Positions 9,746 through 19,402 of a stretch of DNA of 37,985 nt are shown piece after piece (the first letter of the stretch is position 1; every line of letters starts with the position of its first letter). Location of the stretch: positions 1 to 37,985 of the forward strand of contig MFHO01000019.1 of assembly GCA_001778635.1 (NCBI GenBank), in the 5' to 3' direction. The DNA comes from Candidatus Giovannonibacteria bacterium RIFCSPHIGHO2_02_FULL_45_13 (GTDB lineage Bacteria > Patescibacteriota > Minisyncoccia > UBA11713 > 2-01-FULL-45-33). The notes under the pieces are model-generated. The model did no database searches, was not told the origin of the DNA, and saw nothing but the letters and a program-made list of their open reading frames with translations. Position numbers and translations under genes: made by a program.

Positions 9746-12192
9746 TTTTCTTTTTTTAGATCAAGATATGCTTCTGCGATGTTCCCAACAGCATCGTAAG
9801 CCTTAAGTTTAATCTTTACATTGCTTTCTTGTAAATTGTTTAAAAGAAAAACTATTTCGAATGGATATTTTTTCGTCCCGCCGACATATTCTTCGTTTGC
9901 AAAGTAATCTATTTGTTGGACACCGAACTTGCTTTCAAAAACAGGCCGCAGCACTATTGTGTCGCCGTTTTGATATATATTTTTCTGCGGAATAAGCTGT
10001 ACTTTTAAAATTTTAGGAAAATTTTCCGGGATATGCACATCATCATAGTTTTTTGGAATCACGCTTTCGTCCTGATCAAAAAGCTTGTTGGCCGAGGCCC
10101 ATGATCTAATCGGATCCTCCCAGTTTTTTAGTTGCGGACTTGATTTGTCTACCCAATACAAAATGGAATGAATTTCGTAGACAACCCTTTTTTCTAACAT
10201 ATCCTGCGGTGTGTATTTGGTTGCCAATTTTCCTGAAATTTTATCTACGATAAACTCTTTGTTCCCTCTCCATTCTCCGCGCAAATACGGCTTGTCGCTA
10301 TTAACGGGCGCTAGCTGATCCGGCGCCGCGAAACCTTCGTTTGGAAAATTTATCAGGGCGTATTCCACAATCTCGTGCCACCAAGGCGCCACAATAAAAC
10401 CCGCCACCTTTTTTTCCATCGGAGCGTTATCGTTATTGCCAGCCCACGCGCCGATCGCTATGTCCGGCGTATATCCTACAACCCATGCGTCTTTGTAGTC
10501 GTTTGTCGTGCCGGTTTTCGCGGCCACTTTTTTGCCCGGGAAATAAAGCGCAGAAAATTCTCCGAACGATGGCGCGCGAGCTTTGTTGTCCGAGAGAATA
10601 TCATTTATTGCGCGCGCTATATTGTTATTTATAACTTCTTGCGGCGCGGTTTCCGGTGTGAAAATGGTTTCTCCGCCGGCGCCTTCGATTTTAAGAATAT
10701 ATCGATAAGGATTTCTCATTCCGTCATTCGCGAACACAGAATAAGCCGAGACAAGCTCTAATAGCGAAACCTCTCCTCCTCCGAGAACCAACGTAAGCCC
10801 GTATCTTTGCGGATCATTAAGCGATGTTATGCCAAAATCTCTGGCTGTTGCCAAAGAATCTTCCAGCCCGGCAAGATAGAGCGTTTTTACTGACGGGACG
10901 TTTAAGGATTGTGCCAACGACTCCCGTAAACTCACAGGTCCTCTAAACTTTTCGTCAAAATTTTGCGGGTGATAGCATTTGTCTTCTTCCAGATCTGGGA
11001 CGGCCGGTTTTCCGTCCATATTACATAATGGGTTGAATTCCGTTGGAAGATCAAAAACCATGGTTTCTGGTGTGTATCCTTTTTTGAAAGCAGTGGCGTA
11101 TACGAAAGGCTTAAACGCAGATCCTGGCTGGCGATGGGCTGTGACTACGTTGAAATTTCCTTCGCGCTCCATGTCAAAATAATCGCGCGAACCAACCATT
11201 GCTAAGATATCTCCGGTTTTTGGGGATATCGCTACTACGCTTTCATTTTTCGCGTTAAAATTTTTCTCGTTTGCCTCGGCGTATTTGTTTATTATTTCTT
11301 CCGCTTGGCGCTGGAGGCCGACATCCAGCGTCGTAATCACTCGAAAGCCGCCGCGCTCTACGACGTCTTCGCCGAATTTTTTATTTAGTTCGTCTTTTAC
11401 TTCAATTACAAAATGCGGAGCAATAATGCCTTGCGTGCGGTAAGGCACGAACTGAATTTTTTGGCCTTTTGCGCTTTCGTATTCTTTTTCTGACAGGAAG
11501 CCAAGCCGCCTCATTTTTTCTAATGTAAAATACGCGCGATCATCGAGCTCCTTTCTGTGTTTGCCGTAAGGAGAATAATAACTCGGCGCGTTAGGCAACG
11601 CTGACAGATAAGCGGCTTCTAAAATAGTTAAATCTTCGGCTTGTTTGCCCAAAAAAGTTTCTGCAGCCGCTTCTATGCCGTACGCCCCGCTGCCGTATGG
11701 TATTTGGTTTAGATAGGCGTTTAATATTTCATCTTTTGAATATGTGCGCTCAAGTTTTAGCGCGATGATAATTTCTTTTATTTTTCTAATGATGGTTTTT
11801 TCCGGAGTAAGCAATGTGTTTTTTACAACCTGCTGGGTTATCGTTGATCCGCCATGCTCGAAATTGCCTCTTAAGAGGTTTGTTATTACCGCTCTTAAAA
11901 AAGACAACGGGCGGAAGCCGTAGTGGCTGTAAAAATTATCGTCTTCAAGCGCAACTGCCGCGTTCTTTATATGCCTCGGTATTTTTTCAAAGGGAATAAG
12001 AGTGCGTTTTTCGTCTCCGTGCACGTCGTAAAGAAGAATTTGCCCCGTTCGGTCATAAATTTTTGTGGATTGCGCGATTTTCCGTTCCTCGAATTTATTT
12101 AAGTCCGGAACGTTGATCGAAACCGCAAAAAAAAGCGAAGCGGCGCCCAGAAGCGCGCCTGCCACCATAAGCTTGATAAAAAACTTTCGCAT
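9742..12192 (-). CDS. Class A penicillin-binding protein (PBP1A family) with C-terminal Ig-like domain
   Basis: Transglycosylase EDDNFYSHYG, GGSTITQQVVKN, RKIKE; transpeptidase SAFK, SLN, KTGT. Start placed at ATG 12192 because TATAAT (12200-12205) overlaps the upstream ATG at 12201. Confidence 0.93.
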   Translation of the reverse strand: MRKFFIKLMVAGALLGAASLFFAVSINVPDLNKFEERKIAQSTKIYDRTGQILLYDVHGDEKRTLIPFEKIPRHIKNAAVALEDDNFYSHYGFRPLSFLRAVITNLLRGNFEHGGSTITQQVVKNTLLTPEKTIIRKIKEIIIALKLERTYSKDEILNAYLNQIPYGSGAYGIEAAAETFLGKQAEDLTILEAAYLSALPNAPSYYSPYGKHRKELDDRAYFTLEKMRRLGFLSEKEYESAKGQKIQFVPYRTQGIIAPHFVIEVKDELNKKFGEDVVERGGFRVITTLDVGLQRQAEEIINKYAEANEKNFNAKNESVVAISPKTGDILAMVGSRDYFDMEREGNFNVVTAHRQPGSAFKPFVYATAFKKGYTPETMVFDLPTEFNPLCNMDGKPAVPDLEEDKCYHPQNFDEKFRGPVSLRESLAQSLNVPSVKTLYLAGLEDSLATARDFGITSLNDPQRYGLTLVLGGGEVSLLELVSAYSVFANDGMRNPYRYILKIEGAGGETIFTPETAPQEVINNNIARAINDILSDNKARAPSFGEFSALYFPGKKVAAKTGTTNDYKDAWVVGYTPDIAIGAWAGNNDNAPMEKKVAGFIVAPWWHEIVEYALINFPNEGFAAPDQLAPVNSDKPYLRGEWRGNKEFIVDKISGKLATKYTPQDMLEKRVVYEIHSILYWVDKSSPQLKNWEDPIRSWASANKLFDQDESVIPKNYDDVHIPENFPKILKVQLIPQKNIYQNGDTIVLRPVFESKFGVQQIDYFANEEYVGGTKKYPFEIVFLLNNLQESNVKIKLKAYDAVGNIAEAYLDLKKEN

Positions 12193-12245
12193 GCGGCTCA
12201 TTATAGTCGTTTTTTTAAATTTATGGTAGAGTAGAAATACTATAT

Positions 12246-13397
12246 ATGGAAATTTTGAAACGCAATGTCGAACAGATTATTACCGAAGAAGAATTTCAAA
12301 AAAAACTTCGCTCCGGAAACCAGTTGCGCATAAAACATGGCGTAGATGCCACCAGCACGCTTCTGCATATCGGCCACGCCGTAAACTACTGGAAAATGCG
12401 CGAGTTTCAGGAGCTTGGGCATAAAGTAGTGTTTCTGATCGGCGATTTCACGACCCAAATAGGCGATCCAACCGGAAGGTCTAAAACGAGGCCGGATATA
12501 CCAAGAAAAGTAATATCCGAAAATGCAAAGCGATTCTTGAATCAGGCGACAAAAATTCTGATAAACAAGCCGAACCTTTTGGAGGTGCGCAGAAATTCCG
12601 AGTGGTACGATAAAATGAGGTTGTCGGATTTCATCGCATTGCTTAGAAAAGTTACGCACGCGCGTCTTATAGAGCGCGACATGTTTCAGGCAAGAATTAA
12701 AAACAACGATGAAATTTACGAACATGAAATTGTTTACCCGGTTTTACAGGCCTACGATTCTGTGGCGATTAAATCGGATATGACAATCATAGGCACAGAT
12801 CAATTGTTTAATGAACTTTTGGGGAGGCGATATCAGGAAATTTTTGGGCAAAAACCGCAGACGATTATAACCACGTCAATCACGCCGGGTCTGGATGGCA
12901 AAGAAAAAATGTCCAAATCGTTGGGGAATTTCGTAGCAATATCGGACTTGCCGAAAGAGAAGTTCGGGAAAATTATGACCATCCCGGATAATTTAATAGA
13001 ATCGTATTTGAAAGTTTATACTCGTCTTTCTTTCCAGGAAATATCTGAAATAGTAAAACAAAAACCAAATGAGGCAAAAAAAAGACTTGCGTATGAAATT
13101 GTGAACATTTATCACAGAGAAAAAAAAGCTAAAAACGCCAAGGAATCCTTCGAAAAAATTTTTTCTAAAAGAGAAGCGCCCGAAGATTTAAAAATTTACC
13201 GCGCAAAATCCGGAGAAAAATGGATAGATTTTTTGGTGAGAGAAAGCCTAGCAAAATCAAAAACGGAAGCAAAAAGATTAATTGCCGGAGGCGGGGTGGA
13301 TTTTGGCGGCGAAAAAGTTGCCAATTCGGGTGAAAAAATTACCAAAAACGGCACGGCAAAAATCGGCAAGTACAAGTTTATCAGAATTGCGGTTTGA
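12246..13397 (+). CDS. tyrS: Tyrosine--tRNA ligase
   Basis: HIGH and KMSKS motifs, IGDPTGRSKTR, YPVLQAYD, C-terminal S4-like domain. Confidence 0.96.
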   Translation: MEILKRNVEQIITEEEFQKKLRSGNQLRIKHGVDATSTLLHIGHAVNYWKMREFQELGHKVVFLIGDFTTQIGDPTGRSKTRPDIPRKVISENAKRFLNQATKILINKPNLLEVRRNSEWYDKMRLSDFIALLRKVTHARLIERDMFQARIKNNDEIYEHEIVYPVLQAYDSVAIKSDMTIIGTDQLFNELLGRRYQEIFGQKPQTIITTSITPGLDGKEKMSKSLGNFVAISDLPKEKFGKIMTIPDNLIESYLKVYTRLSFQEISEIVKQKPNEAKKRLAYEIVNIYHREKKAKNAKESFEKIFSKREAPEDLKIYRAKSGEKWIDFLVRESLAKSKTEAKRLIAGGGVDFGGEKVANSGEKITKNGTAKIGKYKFIRIAV

Positions 13398-13402
13398 TTT
13401 TA

Positions 13403-13522
13403 TTATTCCAAATCCTCTTCCAGCTCCCAAGAGTCAATCTCTTCGGGGTCTTCTCCGCCCTCTTCGTTGGCACCCGGCTCGACGTCGCCATCGGGCTTTT
13501 TGTCGTCGTCTAAATTGACCAT
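13403..13522 (-). CDS. 39-aa highly acidic small protein (not in ORF track)
   Basis: MVNLDDDKKPDGDVEPGANEEGGEDPEEIDSWELEEDLE* followed by a second TAA; has its own -35/-10 promoter. Confidence 0.6.
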   Translation of the reverse strand: MVNLDDDKKPDGDVEPGANEEGGEDPEEIDSWELEEDLE

Positions 13523-13530
13523 GATTTCCA

Positions 13531-13576
13531 AGTCTAAAAGAGTTTATTTTTGGTTGCAAATGCGGGTTGTGGATAA
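13531..13576 (-). promoter_or_regulatory. Sigma70-type promoter with an upstream perfect DnaA box
   Basis: On the minus strand: TTATCCACA (13568-13576), 8 nt, TTGCAA (13554-13559), 17 nt, TAGACT (13531-13536), 8 nt, ATG. Confidence 0.65.
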
Positions 13577-13591
13577 GTTAGGGAAAAGCGG

Positions 13592-14053
13592 TCAAAAGAA
13601 GGCGGTTAATGCCAAGGCTAAGGCGTCTGTTTCGTCATCTAAAAGCTTGTTTTTAGGCAAATTAAGCTGAATTTTTATCATATTGGCAACGCTTTCTTTG
13701 CCTGCCCGCCCATATCCACAGACGGCCATTTTGACTGCCAGCGGCGTGAATTCTTTGATTGGGAGTTCGTGCTTTTCTGCGGCGGCCAAAATGATGCCGC
13801 GGACCTCTCCTATGATAAGGGCCGTTTTGACGTTCTTGGCGAAGAATAGTTTTTCTGTAGATAATATGTCCGGCTTTGTTTTTTTGATTAAATCATCTAA
13901 AAACTCAAAAATTTCCCAAAGTCTCTCGCTCTCTCTTTGATTTTTCGAGGTTTGTTTGACTCCGGAGACAATTCTGGCAAACTTGCTGCCGGATTTTTCC
14001 ACCAATCCCCATCCCAACCTCTCAATCCCCGGATCAATGCCTAGGATTTTCAT
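13592..14053 (-). CDS. ruvC: Crossover junction endodeoxyribonuclease RuvC
   Basis: ILGIDPG, EKLFFAKN, GEVRG, TPLAVKMAVCGYGRAGK, DDETDALA. Confidence 0.95.
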   Translation of the reverse strand: MKILGIDPGIERLGWGLVEKSGSKFARIVSGVKQTSKNQRESERLWEIFEFLDDLIKKTKPDILSTEKLFFAKNVKTALIIGEVRGIILAAAEKHELPIKEFTPLAVKMAVCGYGRAGKESVANMIKIQLNLPKNKLLDDETDALALALTAFF

Positions 14054-14068
14054 ATATATTAATTAATG

Positions 14069-15634
14069 CTAAATAATTTTTGGCAATAAATCTACGCCGG
14101 TCATGTCGGGCGATTTTTTTATTCCCATGAGAGCCAAAATAGTCGGCGCTATATCAGTCAGCACTCCTTTTGTTTCGGTATAGCGCAAAAAAATTTCTGA
14201 TTCGGAGCGCGGCGTTTCGTTTTTTAAATCTTGTGTAATTATAAAAAATGGCACGGGATTGGCTGTATGTTTTGTGCGCCGTTCGCCTGAAGCTGAATAG
14301 ATTTTTTCTTCCGCGTTGCCGTGATCGGCCGTCACGATTAACGCCCCGCCAGCCTCCAAGGTCTTATTTACCAGCTTCCCGATTGCCAAATCCAAAGCCT
14401 CTATTGCTTTTACTGTAGCGTCAAAATTTCCGGTATGCCCAACCATGTCGCCATTCGCGAAATTCACCAAAACGAAATCATATTTAAAAACATTTTCTAA
14501 AATCGTATCTGTAATTTTGGCGGCTGACATTTCCGGCGTTTCGTCAAAACGCGCCGATTTGGGAGAAGGGATTAAAATTCTTTCTTCCCCCTGATACGAC
14601 GCCTCGCGGCCGCCGTTAAAAAAATATGTCACGTGCGCGTATTTTTCGGTTTCGGCGACGTGAAGCTGTTTTAAGCCAGCGTCCGATATAAGTTTTGCTA
14701 AAGGCTGCGAAACATCAAGCGGAGAGAAAGCAACCGCTGCCGGAAATCTCTTGTCGTACTCCGTCATTGTTACAAAGAACAAGTCGCCGATTTTGTCGCG
14801 GGCAAATCCTGCAAAACTGTCGGATATAAACGCCGAAGTCAGCTCGCGCACAGAGTCTTCTCTGAAGTTATAGAAAACCACCGCATCTCCGGATTCGATT
14901 TTGCTTTCAGCGGAGCGCGCAGGCTCAACATATTCGTCGCTTACTCCTTTTGTGTAAGCAGACTCAACATAATCGGCCGCATTTTTAAAAATTGGACATG
15001 TGCCGGCGGTTAAACATCTATAAATTTTTTCAACACGATCCCAATTTTCATCTCTGTCCATTGCGAAATGTCTGCCGGACAAAGTAGCTATTTTCGCAAA
15101 TGGGTAGCGGATAGTTAGCCTTTCTTCAAGTTGGCGCAAAAACAGCGCAGCTTCTTTGGTCGGCGCGTCTTTGCCGTCTGTAAAAAGATGGAGATAGACG
15201 CGCTCCAGTTTTTGCTGATCGCAAAAATCAAGCAAGGCGTATAAATGATCAATATATGAGTGGACGGAGCCGGAAGAAAAAAGGCCCATAAGATGTATTT
15301 TCCCTTTACTGTTTTTTACAAAATTAGCTGCGTCTAAAAAAGCCTGGTTTCGAAAAAATGAACCGTTATGGATCGAAGTAATAATGCGCGGCAGATGATG
15401 ATAAAGAAGCTTCCCAGCGCCGATTGTCAGGTGCCCGACTTCCGAATTTCCTTCTTCTCCCCAGGGCAGTCCGACGGAAATTCCTGAAGCCTGCAGAGTC
15501 GTGAAAGGATAAAATTTTTCCAACTCCCGAAAAGTCGGCATCTGGGCGTGCTTCCATGTGGACTCCGGATTTGAAATATTCACCCCAAATCCGTCCAGCA
15601 CCGCCAAAATTACAGGTTTATATTTTTTGGCCAT
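14069..15634 (-). CDS. gpmI: 2,3-bisphosphoglycerate-independent phosphoglycerate mutase
   Basis: VLDGFG, GNSEVGH, AMDRD, AETEKYAHVTYFFNGG, NGDMVGHTG, TADHGNAE. Confidence 0.96.
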   Translation of the reverse strand: MAKKYKPVILAVLDGFGVNISNPESTWKHAQMPTFRELEKFYPFTTLQASGISVGLPWGEEGNSEVGHLTIGAGKLLYHHLPRIITSIHNGSFFRNQAFLDAANFVKNSKGKIHLMGLFSSGSVHSYIDHLYALLDFCDQQKLERVYLHLFTDGKDAPTKEAALFLRQLEERLTIRYPFAKIATLSGRHFAMDRDENWDRVEKIYRCLTAGTCPIFKNAADYVESAYTKGVSDEYVEPARSAESKIESGDAVVFYNFREDSVRELTSAFISDSFAGFARDKIGDLFFVTMTEYDKRFPAAVAFSPLDVSQPLAKLISDAGLKQLHVAETEKYAHVTYFFNGGREASYQGEERILIPSPKSARFDETPEMSAAKITDTILENVFKYDFVLVNFANGDMVGHTGNFDATVKAIEALDLAIGKLVNKTLEAGGALIVTADHGNAEEKIYSASGERRTKHTANPVPFFIITQDLKNETPRSESEIFLRYTETKGVLTDIAPTILALMGIKKSPDMTGVDLLPKII

Positions 15635-15670
15635 AGCTTAACTTAATTATAGCACACCCCGCCAGCATCA

Positions 15671-15710
15671 TTGACAAATCTGATAAACCATTTATAATAT
15701 GGCTAGGAGG
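15671..15710 (+). promoter_or_regulatory. Consensus promoter and RBS of orphan gene
   Basis: TTGACA (15671-15676), 16 nt, TATAAT (15693-15698); AGGAGG 15705-15710. Confidence 0.75.
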
Positions 15711-15715
15711 TGGAA

Positions 15716-16645
15716 ATGTTGGAAAATCTAGATGAAACGCACAGAGTCAAAGTAATTGAGTGCCTCGATAGTCTTGGCCAAAGAGTCAGAACAGCTTTCA
15801 TTAACGGCCACTCAAACAGCGAGCACGCTGCGAATCCTGTTCCTGGTCTCGCCGATCTGTTGAAAAAATGCGCCGGATTGTCGGCTTCTGTAGCCAAAAA
15901 ACGGGCCAAGGATTTGATCGTTGAGCTTGCAGAGCGTGGATGGATAGAGTGTAGAAGAGATGAAAAGGGGCGGATACAAAGTATCAAAATCGTCCGGCTG
16001 GCTGATCAACTCGCCTTCGCGGCTAAGATTATAAATCGAAGCAAGGAGCAAAGGTTTGAGCAAGAGAAAGCTTTACTTGCGGAGACAGAAGGGTGCGAGA
16101 AGGCGAAAGCGGTCGAGCTTTCAAGCGAATCGCCAAAAAGCCGTCCGCCGAAACGCTCTCATAAAATAAGAAAAAAGGGGGCGGCGAGGCGCCTAAGAGA
16201 AGCGTGGGACAGAGGCAACCGCAATCAAACACGATTTGGCGGCTTGCTAAACAGGTTCGTTGGGGCCTTGCGCTTATGCCCGGAAATCGTAGCGGAGGCA
16301 AGTTTGGAAAGTTCCGGGCGGCACAATCCTAAAAAGGGCAAGATAGATATGCGAGATCATCACGGCGAAGATTTCAGCTTGTTTATTCTGGCGAATCCGG
16401 AAGGAAGATATAGGTTAATATATGATGCCAAATCGGCTCTCAAAGACGTCCAAGCGTTCAATCGCAAAATTTATTTTACACGCGAGCAAAGAGATGCATG
16501 CAAGAAAAAGGCCATTCTGGTCAACGACCGCAGAAGTGACGCAGAAATCATAGAAGAGGTCTTACAAGATTTAATTGATTCTGGATTTTCCGAAGTTGCA
16601 CGTTACACGCAGCCAATTTTAGAGCGTTTCGTGTCCCCCGCTTAA
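15716..16645 (+). CDS. Hypothetical protein; possible N-terminal winged helix and C-terminal PD-(D/E)xK-like domain
   Basis: Long ORF with promoter, RBS and terminator-like hairpin (about 16633-16658); motif GEDFSLF...IYDAKS. Confidence 0.6.
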   Translation: MLENLDETHRVKVIECLDSLGQRVRTAFINGHSNSEHAANPVPGLADLLKKCAGLSASVAKKRAKDLIVELAERGWIECRRDEKGRIQSIKIVRLADQLAFAAKIINRSKEQRFEQEKALLAETEGCEKAKAVELSSESPKSRPPKRSHKIRKKGAARRLREAWDRGNRNQTRFGGLLNRFVGALRLCPEIVAEASLESSGRHNPKKGKIDMRDHHGEDFSLFILANPEGRYRLIYDAKSALKDVQAFNRKIYFTREQRDACKKKAILVNDRRSDAEIIEEVLQDLIDSGFSEVARYTQPILERFVSPA

Positions 16646-16774
16646 AGCCGGGGACTTTCTATTTATGTTGAGGCTCTTGCGTAATTGACTTTTGAAACAT
16701 GATTTGCTAGAATCTAGTTATAAAAATGTCAAACATGTTATCAATCTTAATAAAGATAGAAGTAAATCAAATTT

Positions 16775-18301
16775 ATGACTATACTTACGCTTGTCAAAGC
16801 GGCTATTGTGCTTGTGGCGGGCACGGCCGCCGGTTACTTTTTGCGTCAGTTAATCGCCCAACAGAGGAAAGACGCCTTAGAGCTTAAAGCCAAGCAAATA
16901 TTACTGGATGCGAAAGAAAACGCCCAAAAGACATTGGACGAGGCCAAGGCGCGCGCTGATAAAATTGTAGAAGCGGCCAAAGCGGAAGAAAAGAACCGCG
17001 AAAAAGAACTTCGGCGCACGGAAGAACGCCTTGCGCATAAAGATGAAATTTTGGAAAAAAAGTCCGCTGAACTGGACAAAGAAACCTCAAATCTTCAGGA
17101 AAAATTTGAGAAAGTGAAGGCAATAAAAGAGCAGTTGGAGAAAATTGAAATTGAAAAAAAAGAAGAGCTGGCTAGAGTAGCCAAGCTGACAGAAGAAGAA
17201 GCGAAAAATAAAATTGTAGAGGAAGTAGAAAAAAAATACGAAAAAGACATCTTGGCCCGAGTTCAAAAGATTGAGCAATTCGGCATAGAAACTTTAGAAA
17301 AAAAAGCGCGTGATATTTTAGCTTCCGTGATCCAGAGAGTCGCATCTTCCACGGCTTCGGAGGTTACAGTAACGTCCGTAGCAATCCCGTCCGACGATCT
17401 TAAGGGAAAAATTATAGGAAAAGAGGGACGGAATATCCGCGCCTTTGAACGCGTCGCCGGAGTGGAACTTATTGTGGATGATACTCCCGGGGTAATTTTA
17501 ATATCAAGTTTTGATCCGGTGAGGCGGCAAATCGCGCGCGTGGCTTTGGAAAATTTAATTTTGGATGGTCGTGTCCAGCCCGCGCGGATTGAAGAGATGG
17601 TTGAAAAGGCCAGAGCGGATGTTGAGAAAATAATCAAAGAAGCTGGAGAAAAATCAGCTTACGAAGCAGGAGTTTTGGATATTGACCCAAGGCTTTTAAT
17701 GCTTTTGGGAAGGCTTAAATTCAGAACCTCTTACGGACAAAATGTTCTCCAGCATTCGATTGAGATGGCGCATATTGCGGGGATGCTGGCCTCTGAACTT
17801 GCGGTGGATGTGGCGATTGCGAAAAAGGGCGCGCTTTTGCACGATATCGGAAAAGCTGTGGACCATGAAATTCAGGGAACGCACGTTGAGATCGGCCGGC
17901 GGATTTTGCAAAAATTCAATGTTGACCAGCGTATTATCCAGGCAATGCAATCGCACCACGAGGAATATCCTTACGAAACTTTAGAATCAATAATCGTACA
18001 AACCGCGGATGCTATCTCCGCGTCACGCCCCGGAGCAAGACGCGATTCTGTTGAGAATTATTTAAAAAGACTGGAAGATTTGGAGGGCATTGCGAATTCG
18101 TTTGCCGGCGTTGAAAAATCCTACGCGATTCAGGCCGGGCGCGAGATAAGAGTGTTTATAACGCCGGAGAAAATTACCGATCTTGAAGCGAAAAAACTTG
18201 CCCGCGATATCGCCGACCGCATAGAGAGCGATCTCAAATACCCCGGGGAGATTAAAGTGAATGTGATCCGGGAACTCCGCGCGATTGAGTATGCCAGGTA
18301 G
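16775..18301 (+). CDS. rny: Ribonuclease Y
   Basis: N-terminal TM and coiled coil, KH KGKIIGKEGRNIR, HD LLHDIGK, SRPGARR, YAIQAGREIRV, RAIEYAR. Promoter TTGACT-17-TAGAAT at about 16685-16713. Confidence 0.97.
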   Translation: MTILTLVKAAIVLVAGTAAGYFLRQLIAQQRKDALELKAKQILLDAKENAQKTLDEAKARADKIVEAAKAEEKNREKELRRTEERLAHKDEILEKKSAELDKETSNLQEKFEKVKAIKEQLEKIEIEKKEELARVAKLTEEEAKNKIVEEVEKKYEKDILARVQKIEQFGIETLEKKARDILASVIQRVASSTASEVTVTSVAIPSDDLKGKIIGKEGRNIRAFERVAGVELIVDDTPGVILISSFDPVRRQIARVALENLILDGRVQPARIEEMVEKARADVEKIIKEAGEKSAYEAGVLDIDPRLLMLLGRLKFRTSYGQNVLQHSIEMAHIAGMLASELAVDVAIAKKGALLHDIGKAVDHEIQGTHVEIGRRILQKFNVDQRIIQAMQSHHEEYPYETLESIIVQTADAISASRPGARRDSVENYLKRLEDLEGIANSFAGVEKSYAIQAGREIRVFITPEKITDLEAKKLARDIADRIESDLKYPGEIKVNVIRELRAIEYAR

Positions 18302-18357
18302 TGAAACTTTGCATTTTGGGTTTGCAGCATAGTAGCGATGCAAAATTCTACTACCTG
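18295..18357. mobile_element. 63-bp MITE-like insert at the rny stop codon
   Basis: Terminal inverted repeats CAGGTAGT...ACTACCTG (imperfect IR extends about 20 bp), flanked by the direct repeat GTATGC (18289-18294, 18358-18363). Confidence 0.65.
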
Positions 18358-18370
18358 GTATGCGAGATAA

Positions 18371-18406
18371 AAAAACCGCGTTCGCCAACTGGCGAAGCGG
18401 TCCTTT
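18371..18406. terminator. Hairpin terminator between rny and convergent orphan gene
   Basis: aaaaACCGCgTTCGCCA-ac-TGGCGAAGCGGTcctt. Confidence 0.6.
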
Positions 18407-18773
18407 AGGTTTTTGGTTGCACAAGAGCGGTATATTGGCCAGCTTTGATGTAAAAACATTTTTCGCCGATTTTTGCGGCAAGATCAGTTAGCATCTTTAA
18501 GAGCTTAGGAATTTTTTCTTTTCCGAGAAAAGATACTTCGTATTCCGCTAAATCATCTATCTGGCCTTTCCAATGGCCGCGGATTCCCGAATGCCTTGCG
18601 GTGAAAGCTTCGAAATTTTTTTTAAGAAACTTTTCGAGATATTGCTCAACGGTTGCCTTCCCGACTTTAACCTGTAGCTTGCCTATTGGCACAAGAAACA
18701 CCGCCGGCCTTCCTAAGTCTACAATCTCGTAATCATCTGATTTTTGAAAAACTCGCCATTTGCTTTGTTTCAT
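18405..18773 (-). CDS. Hypothetical protein
   Basis: AGGAGG upstream of GTG 18779 / ATG 18773; TTGACT-17-TAATTT promoter; globular-looking sequence. Confidence 0.65.
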   Translation of the reverse strand: MKQSKWRVFQKSDDYEIVDLGRPAVFLVPIGKLQVKVGKATVEQYLEKFLKKNFEAFTARHSGIRGHWKGQIDDLAEYEVSFLGKEKIPKLLKMLTDLAAKIGEKCFYIKAGQYTALVQPKT

Positions 18774-18862
18774 CTCCACGATCCTCCTATTACAAATTAA
18801 CATATATTTTATGAGTAGTCAATAGCGACAGGTTGGTGTAAGATTGGTATGATAAGTACATT

Positions 18863-19072
18863 ATGACCACAGCAACAATACAAAAAGAATTAGAGCGCGC
18901 CTCGAGATTAATGGGCGTGGGCAAAAAAAAACTCGTAGATCGAGCACTTTTGCTTTATCTAGATAGCATAAGGCAACAGTTGGGCTTGTTTAGAGAATTT
19001 GAGGCTTGGGACAGGCTTAGTGATGAAGCATTGCTGAAGTTCGAGAGCAATCTGCAACATGAAAAAAGGTGA
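18863..19072 (+). CDS. Putative antitoxin (RHH-like) of MazF/PemK pair
   Basis: 69 aa, overlaps the toxin start; acidic C-terminal EFEAWDRLSDEAL. Confidence 0.7.
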   Translation: MTTATIQKELERASRLMGVGKKKLVDRALLLYLDSIRQQLGLFREFEAWDRLSDEALLKFESNLQHEKR

Positions 19073-19385
19073 AATCTGGATTGCGCAACTGCCAACTCTA
19101 AGCGGACACGAACAAGAGGGTGTTCGTCCGGTGATAATACTTTCAGATGTAATCGCCTCGCTCACGCTAATCATTCCGTGCACTTCCAACATTCAAGCGC
19201 TGCGGTTTCCGCATACTTTAGAAATTGGTCCGTCTAAAAAGAACGGACTTAAGGCTTTTTCTGTTGCCATGATTTTTCAAATAAGAGCCGTGGACAAAAA
19301 CCGCCTAAAACATAAAGTGGGCGTATTAGAGTCAGCATTCATACGCGAAATCAATAAAATGCTAAAAGAAATGCTTTCGTTGTAA
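19059..19385 (+). CDS. mazF: Type II TA toxin, PemK/MazF family endoribonuclease
   Basis: KKGEIWIAQL...GHEQEGVRPVIILS...IIPCTS...NGL...S.AMIFQIRAVDKNRL. Confidence 0.9.
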   Translation: MKKGEIWIAQLPTLSGHEQEGVRPVIILSDVIASLTLIIPCTSNIQALRFPHTLEIGPSKKNGLKAFSVAMIFQIRAVDKNRLKHKVGVLESAFIREINKMLKEMLSL

Positions 19386-19402
19386 AATCGAACTTCGCCC
19401 GC

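Noticed and set aside
18062-18481. Minus-strand ORFs overlapping the rny 3' end, and other short antisense ORFs in the track
   Set aside because: They lie antisense to well-conserved genes and have no RBS, promoter or motif support.
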